From: Candidatus Oleincola secundus
GTDB taxonomy: Bacteria > Atribacterota > Phoenicimicrobiia > Phoenicimicrobiales > Stramentimicrobiaceae
DNA length: 17,906 nucleotides
NCBI GenBank assembly: GCA_018400815.1
Contig: JAGYLS010000034.1
Coordinates: 1 to 17,906, forward strand
Direction of reading: 5' to 3'
Numbering within the stretch: the stretch's first letter is position 1; each line of letters starts with the position of its first letter. Positions 9,219-17,538 of the stretch are shown piece by piece. Below the pieces are notes generated by a model. That model was given only the letters and a program-made list of their open reading frames with translations. It was not told the DNA's origin and did no database searches. Both the position numbers and the translations under genes were made by a program.

Positions 9219-10382
9219 ATGAATCTATTTAATGATGAAGATTTAAGTTTTACAGATGATTTTGAAATTGAAGATGCAAAGACTCCTGTAGAAACTAAAG
9301 AAGATAAAGATACTGAAGATAAGACTGATTCTAAACCTACTGAAGAAGTAGAAGATGGTCTTATTGAAGTAGAAGATAAAAGAAGTTCTTTGAATACTGA
9401 AGAAACTGAAGAAACTATTGAAGATAATCTTGATGGTGAAGATAATAATGATATTGATGATGATGAGCCCCTCGATAAAAGCGACTCTTCTTCTTCACCA
9501 TTTAAACCTTTCGCAAAAGCTTTACATGAAGAGGGGCTCATATCATCATTTGATGATGACGAGTTTGATAAGCTTACAGAAGAGTTAGGTAGTCCTGAAG
9601 AAGCCCTTATGGAAGTGACAAGAAGATCACTTTTACAAGAAGTTGAGGATTACAAAAAAGAGCAGGAAGAAGATTATAAGAAATTTATTGAAGCTAAAGA
9701 AAAAGGCTTAGATTTAAATGAGTGGTATAAAATTACAGAAAATAAGAAATTTTACAGTTCTGTTTCTGAAGAAAAATTATCAGAAGATGAGAATTTACAA
9801 AAACAAATAGTTAGTAAATATCTTACTGAGAAAGGACATTCTAAAGAAGAAGTAGATGAATTGGTAGAAGCTTATGAAGATACTGCTAAATTAGAAATTA
9901 CAGCCAAAAAACATTTAAGCAAACTAAAAGAACTTGAAGATAAGAAAGAAAAAGATCTTGAAGTTAAGAAGGTTGAGGAAGAAAAGATTAGAGAACAAAG
10001 TAGAGCTAAAACTATTGAAACTCTTAAAACTAAGATTGATGAGTATAAAGAGATTGTTCCAGGTCTTGTAATTAATAAACAGACTAAAGATAAGCTTTTT
10101 AAAAATATTACTCAGCCTGTTAAAGAAGGGCCTAATGGAGAACCTCTTACTGTTGCTGCTGCTAAAAGAATGGAAGACCCATTTAAATATGCAATTATAG
10201 AAAACTACTTAATTGAACTTGGAGTATTTGATGGAAAATTTGATAAAATTACAGCTAAACAAAAAAGTAAAGCAGTTTCTCAATTAAAGAATGCTCTTTC
10301 AAATAGTAAAAATACATCTTTTAAAGCAGGAAAAGATACAATTAAAGAAAACTTTGATGATTTTTCTTTACCTGATTTTTGA
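9219..10382 (+). CDS. Putative capsid scaffolding/assembly protein (387 aa)
   Basis: Very acidic, low-complexity N-terminus and charged coiled-coil body, directly upstream of the major capsid gene. Start moved to ATG 9219 because the track's TTG 9171 lies inside the -7 promoter box. Confidence 0.7.
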   Translation: MNLFNDEDLSFTDDFEIEDAKTPVETKEDKDTEDKTDSKPTEEVEDGLIEVEDKRSSLNTEETEETIEDNLDGEDNNDIDDDEPLDKSDSSSSPFKPFAKALHEEGLISSFDDDEFDKLTEELGSPEEALMEVTRRSLLQEVEDYKKEQEEDYKKFIEAKEKGLDLNEWYKITENKKFYSSVSEEKLSEDENLQKQIVSKYLTEKGHSKEEVDELVEAYEDTAKLEITAKKHLSKLKELEDKKEKDLEVKKVEEEKIREQSRAKTIETLKTKIDEYKEIVPGLVINKQTKDKLFKNITQPVKEGPNGEPLTVAAAKRMEDPFKYAIIENYLIELGVFDGKFDKITAKQKSKAVSQLKNALSNSKNTSFKAGKDTIKENFDDFSLPDF

Positions 10383-10439
10383 GAATAGATAAATAAATAA
10401 TTAAACAAACAAAAGATAACCTTTTAAATTAATATAAAA

Positions 10440-11909
10440 ATGAGAATTTCACCTTTTCAAATGTACGAAAATGATGATATTGCAGGTCTGGTAACTAAAA
10501 CACACTTGGGATATCGTTATGGTATAGAGCCACAGAAGGCTTCTAAAACTGCTACTATGATTCACCAAGCTAATTCTGGTGCTACTGTAGCTGCTTATTT
10601 AAATCAGTTCCCTATTTTGGAACTTGAATCTGATGATGACTTTACTTGGGACTTGATTGGTAATGGTAAGAAGAATATTCCTCTTGTCAAAGCTAGTCTT
10701 AGTTCTGGAGGTAGTGCTGTAAGTGTTACCGATAAAGTAGGTAAAAACTTTACAGAATTTTATCTTACATTCCCTGAAGCTTACTTTACTGATGTAAATC
10801 AGATTGTAGGTGAACGTAACGAAGTATATCCTATTCTTATCTTAGATGAACCTAAAGCTGTAGGAAGTTATTGGGAATACAGATGTCGTCTTAATACTGG
10901 TGATACTAACCTGTTTATTCCTTACGATGAGGTACTTGCAGGAAAAAGATTTAGTAAAGACTTCTCACCTGTTGAAGATACTTTATCTAAAAAGGGTGGT
11001 GGAGTACATTACAACTTCCCATTCAAAATGATGAATCATTTTACTATGATTCGTATGGAAGATACAGTTCCTGGTAACATGATTAAAAGACCAGTTAAAT
11101 TTAGCTGGAAAGGTAATGATGGTAGAATTATGACTACTTGGATGGACTATAGAACATATCAGTTTGAAATGCAATATCAGGATGAAGTTGCTAAAATGAT
11201 TATGTATTCTACATCTAATAAATCTGATGATGGTGGATTTAAAATTAAAGGAAAATCTGGATACTCTATTAAAATGGGTGCTGGTATTAAGCAGCAGATG
11301 GAAGCTTCTAACTTCTATGCTTATTCAGACTTTAATATTAAGAAGTTTACTGAAATGTTGCTTGACCTTACTGTAGGTAAGATTGTAATGGGACAACGTG
11401 AAGTTACTATTTCTACAGGTGAGTGGGGTATGTATCAGTTTAGTGAAGCTCTTGAGTATCACTCAACTCTTTATACTCCTGCAAGAGATAACTTTAGAAT
11501 TTATGCCAAAGGTGGAAACACAATGGGCTTCAGAGGCCAATTCCTTGAGTTTATTGGACCTAATGGTATTAAAGTAAATGTTATCCATGATGCACTTAAA
11601 GATGACTTTGAACGTAATAAGATTAGAATGCCTGGTAAACAAGGTCTTGCAGAATCTTATGTATATGATATTCTTAACATGGGTACTTCAGATGGTAAAC
11701 CTAATGTTCAGAGAGTATATCTTAAAGGTGGTGGTGATATTAGAGGATTTATGCCAGGTCTTAGAGACCCATTTACTCCTGACAATAAACAAACCAGAAT
11801 TATGTCAACAGCTGTAGATGGATGGACAGAGCATAGAGCCTTTACTGGTGGTGCTATTGTTTATGATCCTACTAGAACTGCTACATACAAACCTAATGTA
11901 TTACAGTAA
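10440..11909 (+). CDS. Major capsid protein (crAss-like)
   Basis: 489 aa in the expected position. GLVTKTHLG, DDFTWDLIG, FSKDFSPVEDTLS, STGEWGMYQF, FLEFIGPNGIKV and GLRDPFTP resemble crAss-like capsid proteins. Confidence 0.88.
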   Translation: MRISPFQMYENDDIAGLVTKTHLGYRYGIEPQKASKTATMIHQANSGATVAAYLNQFPILELESDDDFTWDLIGNGKKNIPLVKASLSSGGSAVSVTDKVGKNFTEFYLTFPEAYFTDVNQIVGERNEVYPILILDEPKAVGSYWEYRCRLNTGDTNLFIPYDEVLAGKRFSKDFSPVEDTLSKKGGGVHYNFPFKMMNHFTMIRMEDTVPGNMIKRPVKFSWKGNDGRIMTTWMDYRTYQFEMQYQDEVAKMIMYSTSNKSDDGGFKIKGKSGYSIKMGAGIKQQMEASNFYAYSDFNIKKFTEMLLDLTVGKIVMGQREVTISTGEWGMYQFSEALEYHSTLYTPARDNFRIYAKGGNTMGFRGQFLEFIGPNGIKVNVIHDALKDDFERNKIRMPGKQGLAESYVYDILNMGTSDGKPNVQRVYLKGGGDIRGFMPGLRDPFTPDNKQTRIMSTAVDGWTEHRAFTGGAIVYDPTRTATYKPNVLQ

Positions 11910-11926
11910 TCTGTAATATGTTCTTT
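11896..11926 (+). terminator. Possible hairpin terminator or attenuator at the end of the capsid gene
   Basis: TATTACAG(11899-11906)-TAAT-CTGTAATA(11911-11918) is a perfect 8-bp stem, extendable by G-U pairs and followed by TTCTTT. The capsid stop codon is in the loop. Confidence 0.45.
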
Positions 11927-11974
11927 GAAATAATACAAATAATTTAATTAATTAACTAAAGAAGAAGAAGAGTT

Positions 11975-12880
11975 ATGAGTGATTTTAAATTACCAAATAG
12001 AAAGGTTTTGGTTAAACCAATAATTAGAGAAGGTAAGTGGCTTGGAAAAGGGCACAGTGGTAACTTTATGTATGATAATACTAAACTATACATTACTGTG
12101 CCTATTTCTAGGCAAACTGGTGGATTGATTGATCCTCTTACAAGAGAAGAAAGAGATTTTCTAGAGAACAGGAAATTATCTGGACTTGATTTTGTAGAAG
12201 GAGACCTTAATCCTAATAAAAAACCTAATCCTAAAACAGATGAAACACCATTTTGGTATGACTACCAATATACAATTATTAAGAATGAAAGTATAATTAA
12301 TTCAGATACAGTTCTTACTGTACTTGATTTATCAAATGCTAATGATTATATTGCGTATAAAGTGTTAATGGCTAATACAGCTTCTGGTGGAATGGTAGCT
12401 CCTTCATGGGAAGATAGATTTAATCAAGGTTCTTATAAAATTGCCTTAGTTGATTCTGAATATGAAGTAGAAGAGAAATCTTCAAGAGCTATGAGATTAG
12501 GAAAAGCTTATGCTTTCTTTAATAAGATTATGAAATCTGATTTGAAAATGTATGAACTTCTTTCAGTATATTGGCTTGAGAATAGAAGGGCTACAAAACC
12601 TTCTAAAGATTCATCTACTAAATGGCTTATTTCTGAAATTGAATCTGTTATAGATAAAGATCTTGATAATTTCTTGAGACTTATTGAAACAGACTATGAA
12701 GAAAAGTTGATGATTCATCAAGCTATGGTTGCTGGAGCACTTACAAGAGAAGGGGCTACATTCCTTAATATGGATGGTACTCCTATTGGAAATAGTGTAC
12801 AAGAAGTAATACTGTACTTTAAAGATGAGAGACATCAAGAAGATAAACTAAAACTGCTTGCTTTAATAGATAAAGGATAA
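11975..12880 (+). CDS. Conserved crAss-like protein encoded directly after the major capsid gene (function unknown)
   Basis: 301 aa with LPNRKVLVKPI, PLTREE, PFW, LDLSNANDYIAYKVL and PIG. The call rests on synteny with the crAss-like capsid module. Confidence 0.7.
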   Translation: MSDFKLPNRKVLVKPIIREGKWLGKGHSGNFMYDNTKLYITVPISRQTGGLIDPLTREERDFLENRKLSGLDFVEGDLNPNKKPNPKTDETPFWYDYQYTIIKNESIINSDTVLTVLDLSNANDYIAYKVLMANTASGGMVAPSWEDRFNQGSYKIALVDSEYEVEEKSSRAMRLGKAYAFFNKIMKSDLKMYELLSVYWLENRRATKPSKDSSTKWLISEIESVIDKDLDNFLRLIETDYEEKLMIHQAMVAGALTREGATFLNMDGTPIGNSVQEVILYFKDERHQEDKLKLLALIDKG

Positions 12881-13503
12881 TGACAGCATTAGAAATGAAG
12901 GAAGAATTCTTAACCAGATATGATGCAGCTACTTCGTTAGCTGCACCTGGTTGGGAAGATTCAGAGATAAGTAAATTTCTTAATATTGCTCAATTAGAAA
13001 TTGTAAGAGAGTTATGGATGAATAAATCTTTTGAACTCATATATAATCTTGTTGATGAAGATATGACCAGTGATATATATTCAGATAACTATATTACAGT
13101 TTTATATAAAAGAGCTTTACCTGAAGATTTCTTATACTATATCAAATCTACTTCTGTTATATTTTTATCACCTAATCCAAGTTCTTTTGCTATAGAAAAT
13201 GAAAATATAAGTAAAGCTGTTTCAAGACAATTCATAGCAGATGCTACTAATAGAACCATCTTTAGAAATCCTAAAGCTTATATAAGTGGTACAGAAAGTT
13301 CTGGAACTTTGAATGTTATATATTCCTCTATACAAGAGCCTAGTGCAATATCTATAGAATATGTAAGAAAACCTATAGAAATTGATATTGATAATAGTAC
13401 TGATACAGATTTAAATATAGACTTACATGATTTAGTTGTAAATAAAGCTGTTAAAGTAGCTTTAGAATCAATTATGCAATCTAAAGTACAACAACAAGGA
13501 TAA
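12880..13503 (+). CDS. Tail ring/adaptor-like protein, paralog 1
   Basis: MTALEM..F, EISKFLNIAQ, LPEDFL, IFRNPK, YVRKPIEID and LHDLVVNKAV recur in the following ORFs. TAATG coupling to the upstream gene. Confidence 0.75.
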   Translation: MTALEMKEEFLTRYDAATSLAAPGWEDSEISKFLNIAQLEIVRELWMNKSFELIYNLVDEDMTSDIYSDNYITVLYKRALPEDFLYYIKSTSVIFLSPNPSSFAIENENISKAVSRQFIADATNRTIFRNPKAYISGTESSGTLNVIYSSIQEPSAISIEYVRKPIEIDIDNSTDTDLNIDLHDLVVNKAVKVALESIMQSKVQQQG

Positions 13504-13514
13504 AATAAATTGAT

Positions 13515-14165
13515 ATGAATTATAGACAAATTCAAACAATATTTCAAGATAAATATGAGACTGGTCTTAAAAATGCTGGTCTTGAAATGTATAAACTCCC
13601 TTCAGAAGTAATATTCAATTATATTCATGAGGCTGAGATTGAGGTTGCAGATGAATTAGCTAGAAACAGGCAGTATAATTATCTTAAAAATTTAATTACT
13701 ACTACAGAAAGAATAGAGTTTTATAACTCTCCTGAAGCAACAAATCTATCTTATTTTCTTCAACCTAATGATTTTTTATCATATGTCAGGTCAGTAACTA
13801 AAGGTACTTTCAGAAATATGACTTCTAGTGGTGTAGAAGGTCTTGTATCTAATGAATATATTGAACCTCATCAGGCAGGAATGTTTTACAACACCCCTTT
13901 TAATTCTGTACCAATATTTAGAAATCCTAAAATATTTTTACAGTCTATAAACTCTGCTGATCCTAAAAAGTTTTATATAGTTATGCCTAGTGCAAGTACA
14001 CTTACAAGAGTAGATATTACATATGTAAGAGTACCTGAATATCCTACTAATGATGGAGAAAGCCTTATTGATGAGGCTTATACAAATAAAATGATTGAAC
14101 TTGCTGTACAGAAAGCTCTTAGATATGTAGTTGCTGGAGGTGCACAAAAAGAACAGGAGCAATAA
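13515..14165 (+). CDS. Tail ring/adaptor-like protein, paralog 2
   Basis: EVIFNYIHEAE, QPNDFL, IFRNPK, YVRVP and KMIELAVQKAL align by eye with paralog 1. Confidence 0.72.
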   Translation: MNYRQIQTIFQDKYETGLKNAGLEMYKLPSEVIFNYIHEAEIEVADELARNRQYNYLKNLITTTERIEFYNSPEATNLSYFLQPNDFLSYVRSVTKGTFRNMTSSGVEGLVSNEYIEPHQAGMFYNTPFNSVPIFRNPKIFLQSINSADPKKFYIVMPSASTLTRVDITYVRVPEYPTNDGESLIDEAYTNKMIELAVQKALRYVVAGGAQKEQEQ

Positions 14166-14168
14166 AAT

Positions 14169-14918
14169 ATGACTACTTCTGAAATGTTATATAGATTTAA
14201 TGAGATTAATGATGCTGTATCTAAACTTCATGGACTTGAAGTAAGAGATGTAGATACTGAAACTATATTACATTATCTTAATATTGCTCAAAATAAACTT
14301 TTTAGAGAAAGATATCTTTCTGAAGGAGTAAATTCTACAGTTAAAATATCTAAACTTGCAGATGAATTAGGTTCTTTACTTACTACAGAAACAGCTACTA
14401 TAGAAGGAGATTCAACAGTATATCCTAAAGGAAAGATTTTACAACTTCCTGAAGATTGTGCTCTTCCTATAAAAATATCTGTTACAGGTGTACATCAAAT
14501 GCTAGGAGCAACTCCAGGAATTTTTACTGCTGATATTACAGATTTTTCAGAAATTAATAAATATATCACTAATAATTTCAATGCACCTATAATTCTTAGA
14601 CCTAAATATGTAGTATCTTATGGAGGTACAGAAATAGATTTTCAATCAGAAGAGGTTTCTCTTATATTTGTATGGTCAGATACTGTAGATATACAAACTA
14701 CTGAAACAGATGATTATAAAATTACATTTGCTTGGTCAGATCTTGTTAATGTACAAAGTGATGAAGTTGAGAAATTTACAATTACTTTTGAATGGTCAGA
14801 TTTAGTACTTGTACAAACAGATGAAATAGCTTCATTTGAAATAGAGTGGTCAGATTTAATTCCTGTACAAGTAATTACATATGAATCATTTACAACAGAA
14901 TCTTCTTCGGAAGCCTAA
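14169..14918 (+). CDS. Tail ring-like paralog 3, N-terminal part (about 153 aa) fused to an acidic WSD-repeat tail
   Basis: MTTSEM..F, ETILHYLNIAQ, LPEDC and ILRPK match the paralogs. The YxxxP...LHEE..AV C-terminus is absent and replaced by four repeats. Confidence 0.75.
   Translation: MTTSEMLYRFNEINDAVSKLHGLEVRDVDTETILHYLNIAQNKLFRERYLSEGVNSTVKISKLADELGSLLTTETATIEGDSTVYPKGKILQLPEDCALPIKISVTGVHQMLGATPGIFTADITDFSEINKYITNNFNAPIILRPKYVVSYGGTEIDFQSEEVSLIFVWSDTVDIQTTETDDYKITFAWSDLVNVQSDEVEKFTITFEWSDLVLVQTDEIASFEIEWSDLIPVQVITYESFTTESSSEA
14643..14870 (+). repeat. Four imperfect coding tandem repeats (60, 60 and 54 nt spacing) with invariant TGGTCAGAT (W-S-D)
   Basis: TGGTCAGAT starts at 14673, 14733, 14793 and 14847. 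Peptide units: LIFVWSDTVDIQ, ITFAWSDLVNVQ, ITFEWSDLVLVQ, FEIEWSDLIPVQ. Confidence 0.9.
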
Positions 14919-14944
14919 TTAACTTTAATAAATAAAATAAAATT

Positions 14945-15256
14945 ATGCCAACATATAGTTATAAAGGAATTGGTAGAAATAAAACACTTGTAATAAAATC
15001 AGTATCTTCTGCTGGTGTGGAAAGTACTTTAGAAACCTATGATTTCTTAGCATCATTTACTTGGGCAGGAGTAACATATCCTTTACTTGCTACAGATACA
15101 GCACTAGCTCAGCTATCTGCTGCTGATTACAATAAAAGATTAAATGCTTTTGTAGCATATGTAAAAGATGATCTAGATTCTTATCCACAATTAGCTAACT
15201 ATAATTTACTTGAAGGTGCTGTAGAAGGAACTAATACATTTGGAACTGTAGCGTAA
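14945..15256 (+). CDS. Hypothetical 103-aa protein lying between the two halves of ring paralog 3
   Basis: A-rich leader (aaataaaattATG), codon style like its neighbours, stop overlapping the next ATG (TAATG). No ring motifs. Confidence 0.8.
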   Translation: MPTYSYKGIGRNKTLVIKSVSSAGVESTLETYDFLASFTWAGVTYPLLATDTALAQLSAADYNKRLNAFVAYVKDDLDSYPQLANYNLLEGAVEGTNTFGTVA

Positions 15257-15453
15257 TGAATATACTATTATTAATTGATAAATATACTACATCTGTAACT
15301 AATACAACAGCCACTTATTTAAAGAATCCATCACAGATTGATTTAAATAATGACTGTAAGCTTGCTACTCAATTACATGAGGAGCTTATTAGACTTGCTG
15401 TAGATATGTATCATGCAGATAAATTTAAATTAAATTCAGGAAAAAATGACTAA
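15256..15453 (+). CDS. Tail ring-like paralog 3, C-terminal part (65 aa)
   Basis: YLKNPSQIDL...LATQLHEELIRLAV corresponds to YVRKPIEIDI...LNIDLHDLVVNKAV (paralog 1) and HIKIPTKINL...INEEFHEEVVDFAI (paralog 4). Overlaps both neighbours. Confidence 0.78.
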   Translation: MNILLLIDKYTTSVTNTTATYLKNPSQIDLNNDCKLATQLHEELIRLAVDMYHADKFKLNSGKND

Positions 15454-16129
15454 TCTTGAGCTTCAGTATAGATTTACACAAAAACTTGGAGATTCTATTA
15501 ATTTCCAGTATGATATACCTACTATAGATATTGAAAGATATCTTAATGTGGGATATAATGAATTTATAGATTTTTGGTATAAACAATATGACCAATCTGA
15601 AGCTTCTAAAAAAAGGTTAAACTCACTTACTAAAAGAACTACAATAGCTTTAAGTACTGCTACAGAATCTAGTAATGAATATATTATTAATCCTAATAAT
15701 TTCAAAATATATTCAATAACTTTACCAAGTGACTGTTTATATGTACTTAGAGAAAAGGTAGATTTATACAATAGTGTATCAGAAATTTATACTACAATAG
15801 CCGTTAAACCTATAGGACTTGATTATATGAATAAACATATAGATAATTCCTTTAAACAGCCTTATTCTAAGTTATATTGGAGAATTGATGTTGCTGGTAA
15901 ACATGAACTTATACTTCCAACATCTATAGATATATCTACTTCCAATTATATTTTAGAACATATAAAAATACCTACAAAAATAAATCTTCTTACAGGTACT
16001 CCTGTAACAGATAAAATAGAAATTAATGAAGAATTTCATGAAGAAGTTGTAGATTTTGCAATCAGAAAATTTCTAAATGATTATTCATTAGTAAATCAAA
16101 ATAATAATTCAAACAAAAATTCAGAATAA
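15446..16129 (+). CDS. Tail ring/adaptor-like protein, paralog 4
   Basis: MTNLEL.YRF, DIERYLNVGY, LPSDCL, NSFKQP, HIKIPTKINL and FHEEVVDFAI. Confidence 0.75.
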   Translation: MTNLELQYRFTQKLGDSINFQYDIPTIDIERYLNVGYNEFIDFWYKQYDQSEASKKRLNSLTKRTTIALSTATESSNEYIINPNNFKIYSITLPSDCLYVLREKVDLYNSVSEIYTTIAVKPIGLDYMNKHIDNSFKQPYSKLYWRIDVAGKHELILPTSIDISTSNYILEHIKIPTKINLLTGTPVTDKIEINEEFHEEVVDFAIRKFLNDYSLVNQNNNSNKNSE

Positions 16130-16162
16130 ACATTCTTTTTATTAACTTAAATATTTATAAAA

Positions 16163-17494
16163 ATGCAAAAAGAACGTAATATTGGAGAAATCCTAATTGT
16201 TAATGATGTGGCTGCTACCGCTGGAATGGAAACTAACAATGTTGATGGTTATATCAGTTCAATGAATACTGGTGAAGCAGTTGTTGTTTCTCCTGCTGGG
16301 GTTGTAGTAGATGCTACAGGAACACTTCCTGCACAGTTTAAAATTGGAACCAAACTTACTGATGGTACAATACAGTGGACAGATCTTATTGATGCTGCTT
16401 CCATTAAGTCTATCTATACTAAAAGATATGCTGCTGCTACTCTTCAGAAAGATTATATTGGATATAATGGTACAAGTGGAGACATTGATGTAATTAATAG
16501 TAATATGTATTACATTAGGCTTTATATTCAGGATAATGATGGTTACACATTTAATTCACAGAAAGTTAAATGGGGAGTTTATACATCTGATGCTTCAGCA
16601 ACTCAAGCAGAAATTGCTTATGGGCTTACTGCAAGTTTGATTGGTAATCTTTCACGTGAACCTGAGAAACTTAAATCAGGTATTGATGTTATCTCTGTAA
16701 ATAGAGTAAACTCAGGAACTTCTACTGCTACTAGTGGTGGTGCGGTTACTGTAACTAAAGGTTCTAAATATGTAAGTATTGCTGGAACTGGTGCTGATGC
16801 AGGTAAATATAATGGAGATGCAGCTACTATTGTAGCTGGTGATTACATTAGATTTGGACATGCTACTACTACTACATATCCTGTTTATAAAGTAGCTAGA
16901 GTTGTATCTGGTGGTGGAGCTACTACTATGGTTGTAGAACTTGACATTGCATATCAGGGAACTTCTGAAGCAATTGCTGCTGCTAATGTGGGTGTAGTAC
17001 CTATTGCAGATATTGGAGATTTTGGAATTGTACTTTCTGGTACAGCTTATTCCTATGATCCTCCTAAATTTGGATATATGTTACCTAGATGGGAAACTAC
17101 TATTCAAGACTTTGGTGATACTACTGTAACTAATAGTGTATCTACAGATGAAGGTAATGGTGATTGGAGATGGGTTAAAGAGCTTGAGCAACAGTTCCTT
17201 GGAAATGAAGGTAACTATTACAGAGCACAAGTACCTTCACCAACATTCAGAAGTGAAGTAACTACTAGTGGTCAATATGCAGTTATTGTAATTGAGCATG
17301 AAGATGTAATGACTGGTAATCTTGGTAATACTGAAAAATCTCTTAAACAGACATATATTGCTTGTGTAAAAGGAGATGGAACTACTTACTCTGATGCTAA
17401 TACAGGTCTTGGAACTACTCTTAATGCTTATCTTACTGCTTATAGTGGTATTAAGTCTAATGGAGTAACAATTGCTACTGAGATTGATGCTTAA
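16163..17494 (+). CDS. Virion structural protein, probably the auxiliary capsid protein of crAss-like phages
   Basis: 443 aa, G/T/A/V-rich and beta-type. It follows the ring genes as the auxiliary capsid gene does in phiCrAss001. C-terminal GNG...VKELE.Q..GNEG and YAVIVIEH. Confidence 0.55.
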   Translation: MQKERNIGEILIVNDVAATAGMETNNVDGYISSMNTGEAVVVSPAGVVVDATGTLPAQFKIGTKLTDGTIQWTDLIDAASIKSIYTKRYAAATLQKDYIGYNGTSGDIDVINSNMYYIRLYIQDNDGYTFNSQKVKWGVYTSDASATQAEIAYGLTASLIGNLSREPEKLKSGIDVISVNRVNSGTSTATSGGAVTVTKGSKYVSIAGTGADAGKYNGDAATIVAGDYIRFGHATTTTYPVYKVARVVSGGGATTMVVELDIAYQGTSEAIAAANVGVVPIADIGDFGIVLSGTAYSYDPPKFGYMLPRWETTIQDFGDTTVTNSVSTDEGNGDWRWVKELEQQFLGNEGNYYRAQVPSPTFRSEVTTSGQYAVIVIEHEDVMTGNLGNTEKSLKQTYIACVKGDGTTYSDANTGLGTTLNAYLTAYSGIKSNGVTIATEIDA

Positions 17495-17538
17495 CATAAT
17501 TTATAACAATAATGTTAAGAAATTAGTGGTAATTTAAC

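Noticed and set aside
14663..14670. TATATTTG as an internal promoter
   Set aside because: There is no TTG 20-21 nt upstream, it lies within coding repeats, and it is expected by chance in AT-rich DNA.
14643..14870. CRISPR array or DGR repeat suggested by the 60-nt periodicity
   Set aside because: The invariant core is only 9 nt, the periods are multiples of 3 with conserved peptide, and there is no cas or reverse transcriptase gene in the window.
14628..15258. Group I intron explaining the split ring gene (T before 14628 and G at 15258 would rejoin GGT|AAT in frame)
   Set aside because: The boundary match is only two bases. The interval is almost entirely protein-coding, and I see no P7-type core or strong pairings. 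RT-PCR would be decisive.
11578..16493. Nested + strand ORFs 11578-11817 and 16311-16493
   Set aside because: They are off-frame within the capsid and auxiliary capsid genes, L/M-rich, with no independent initiation signal.
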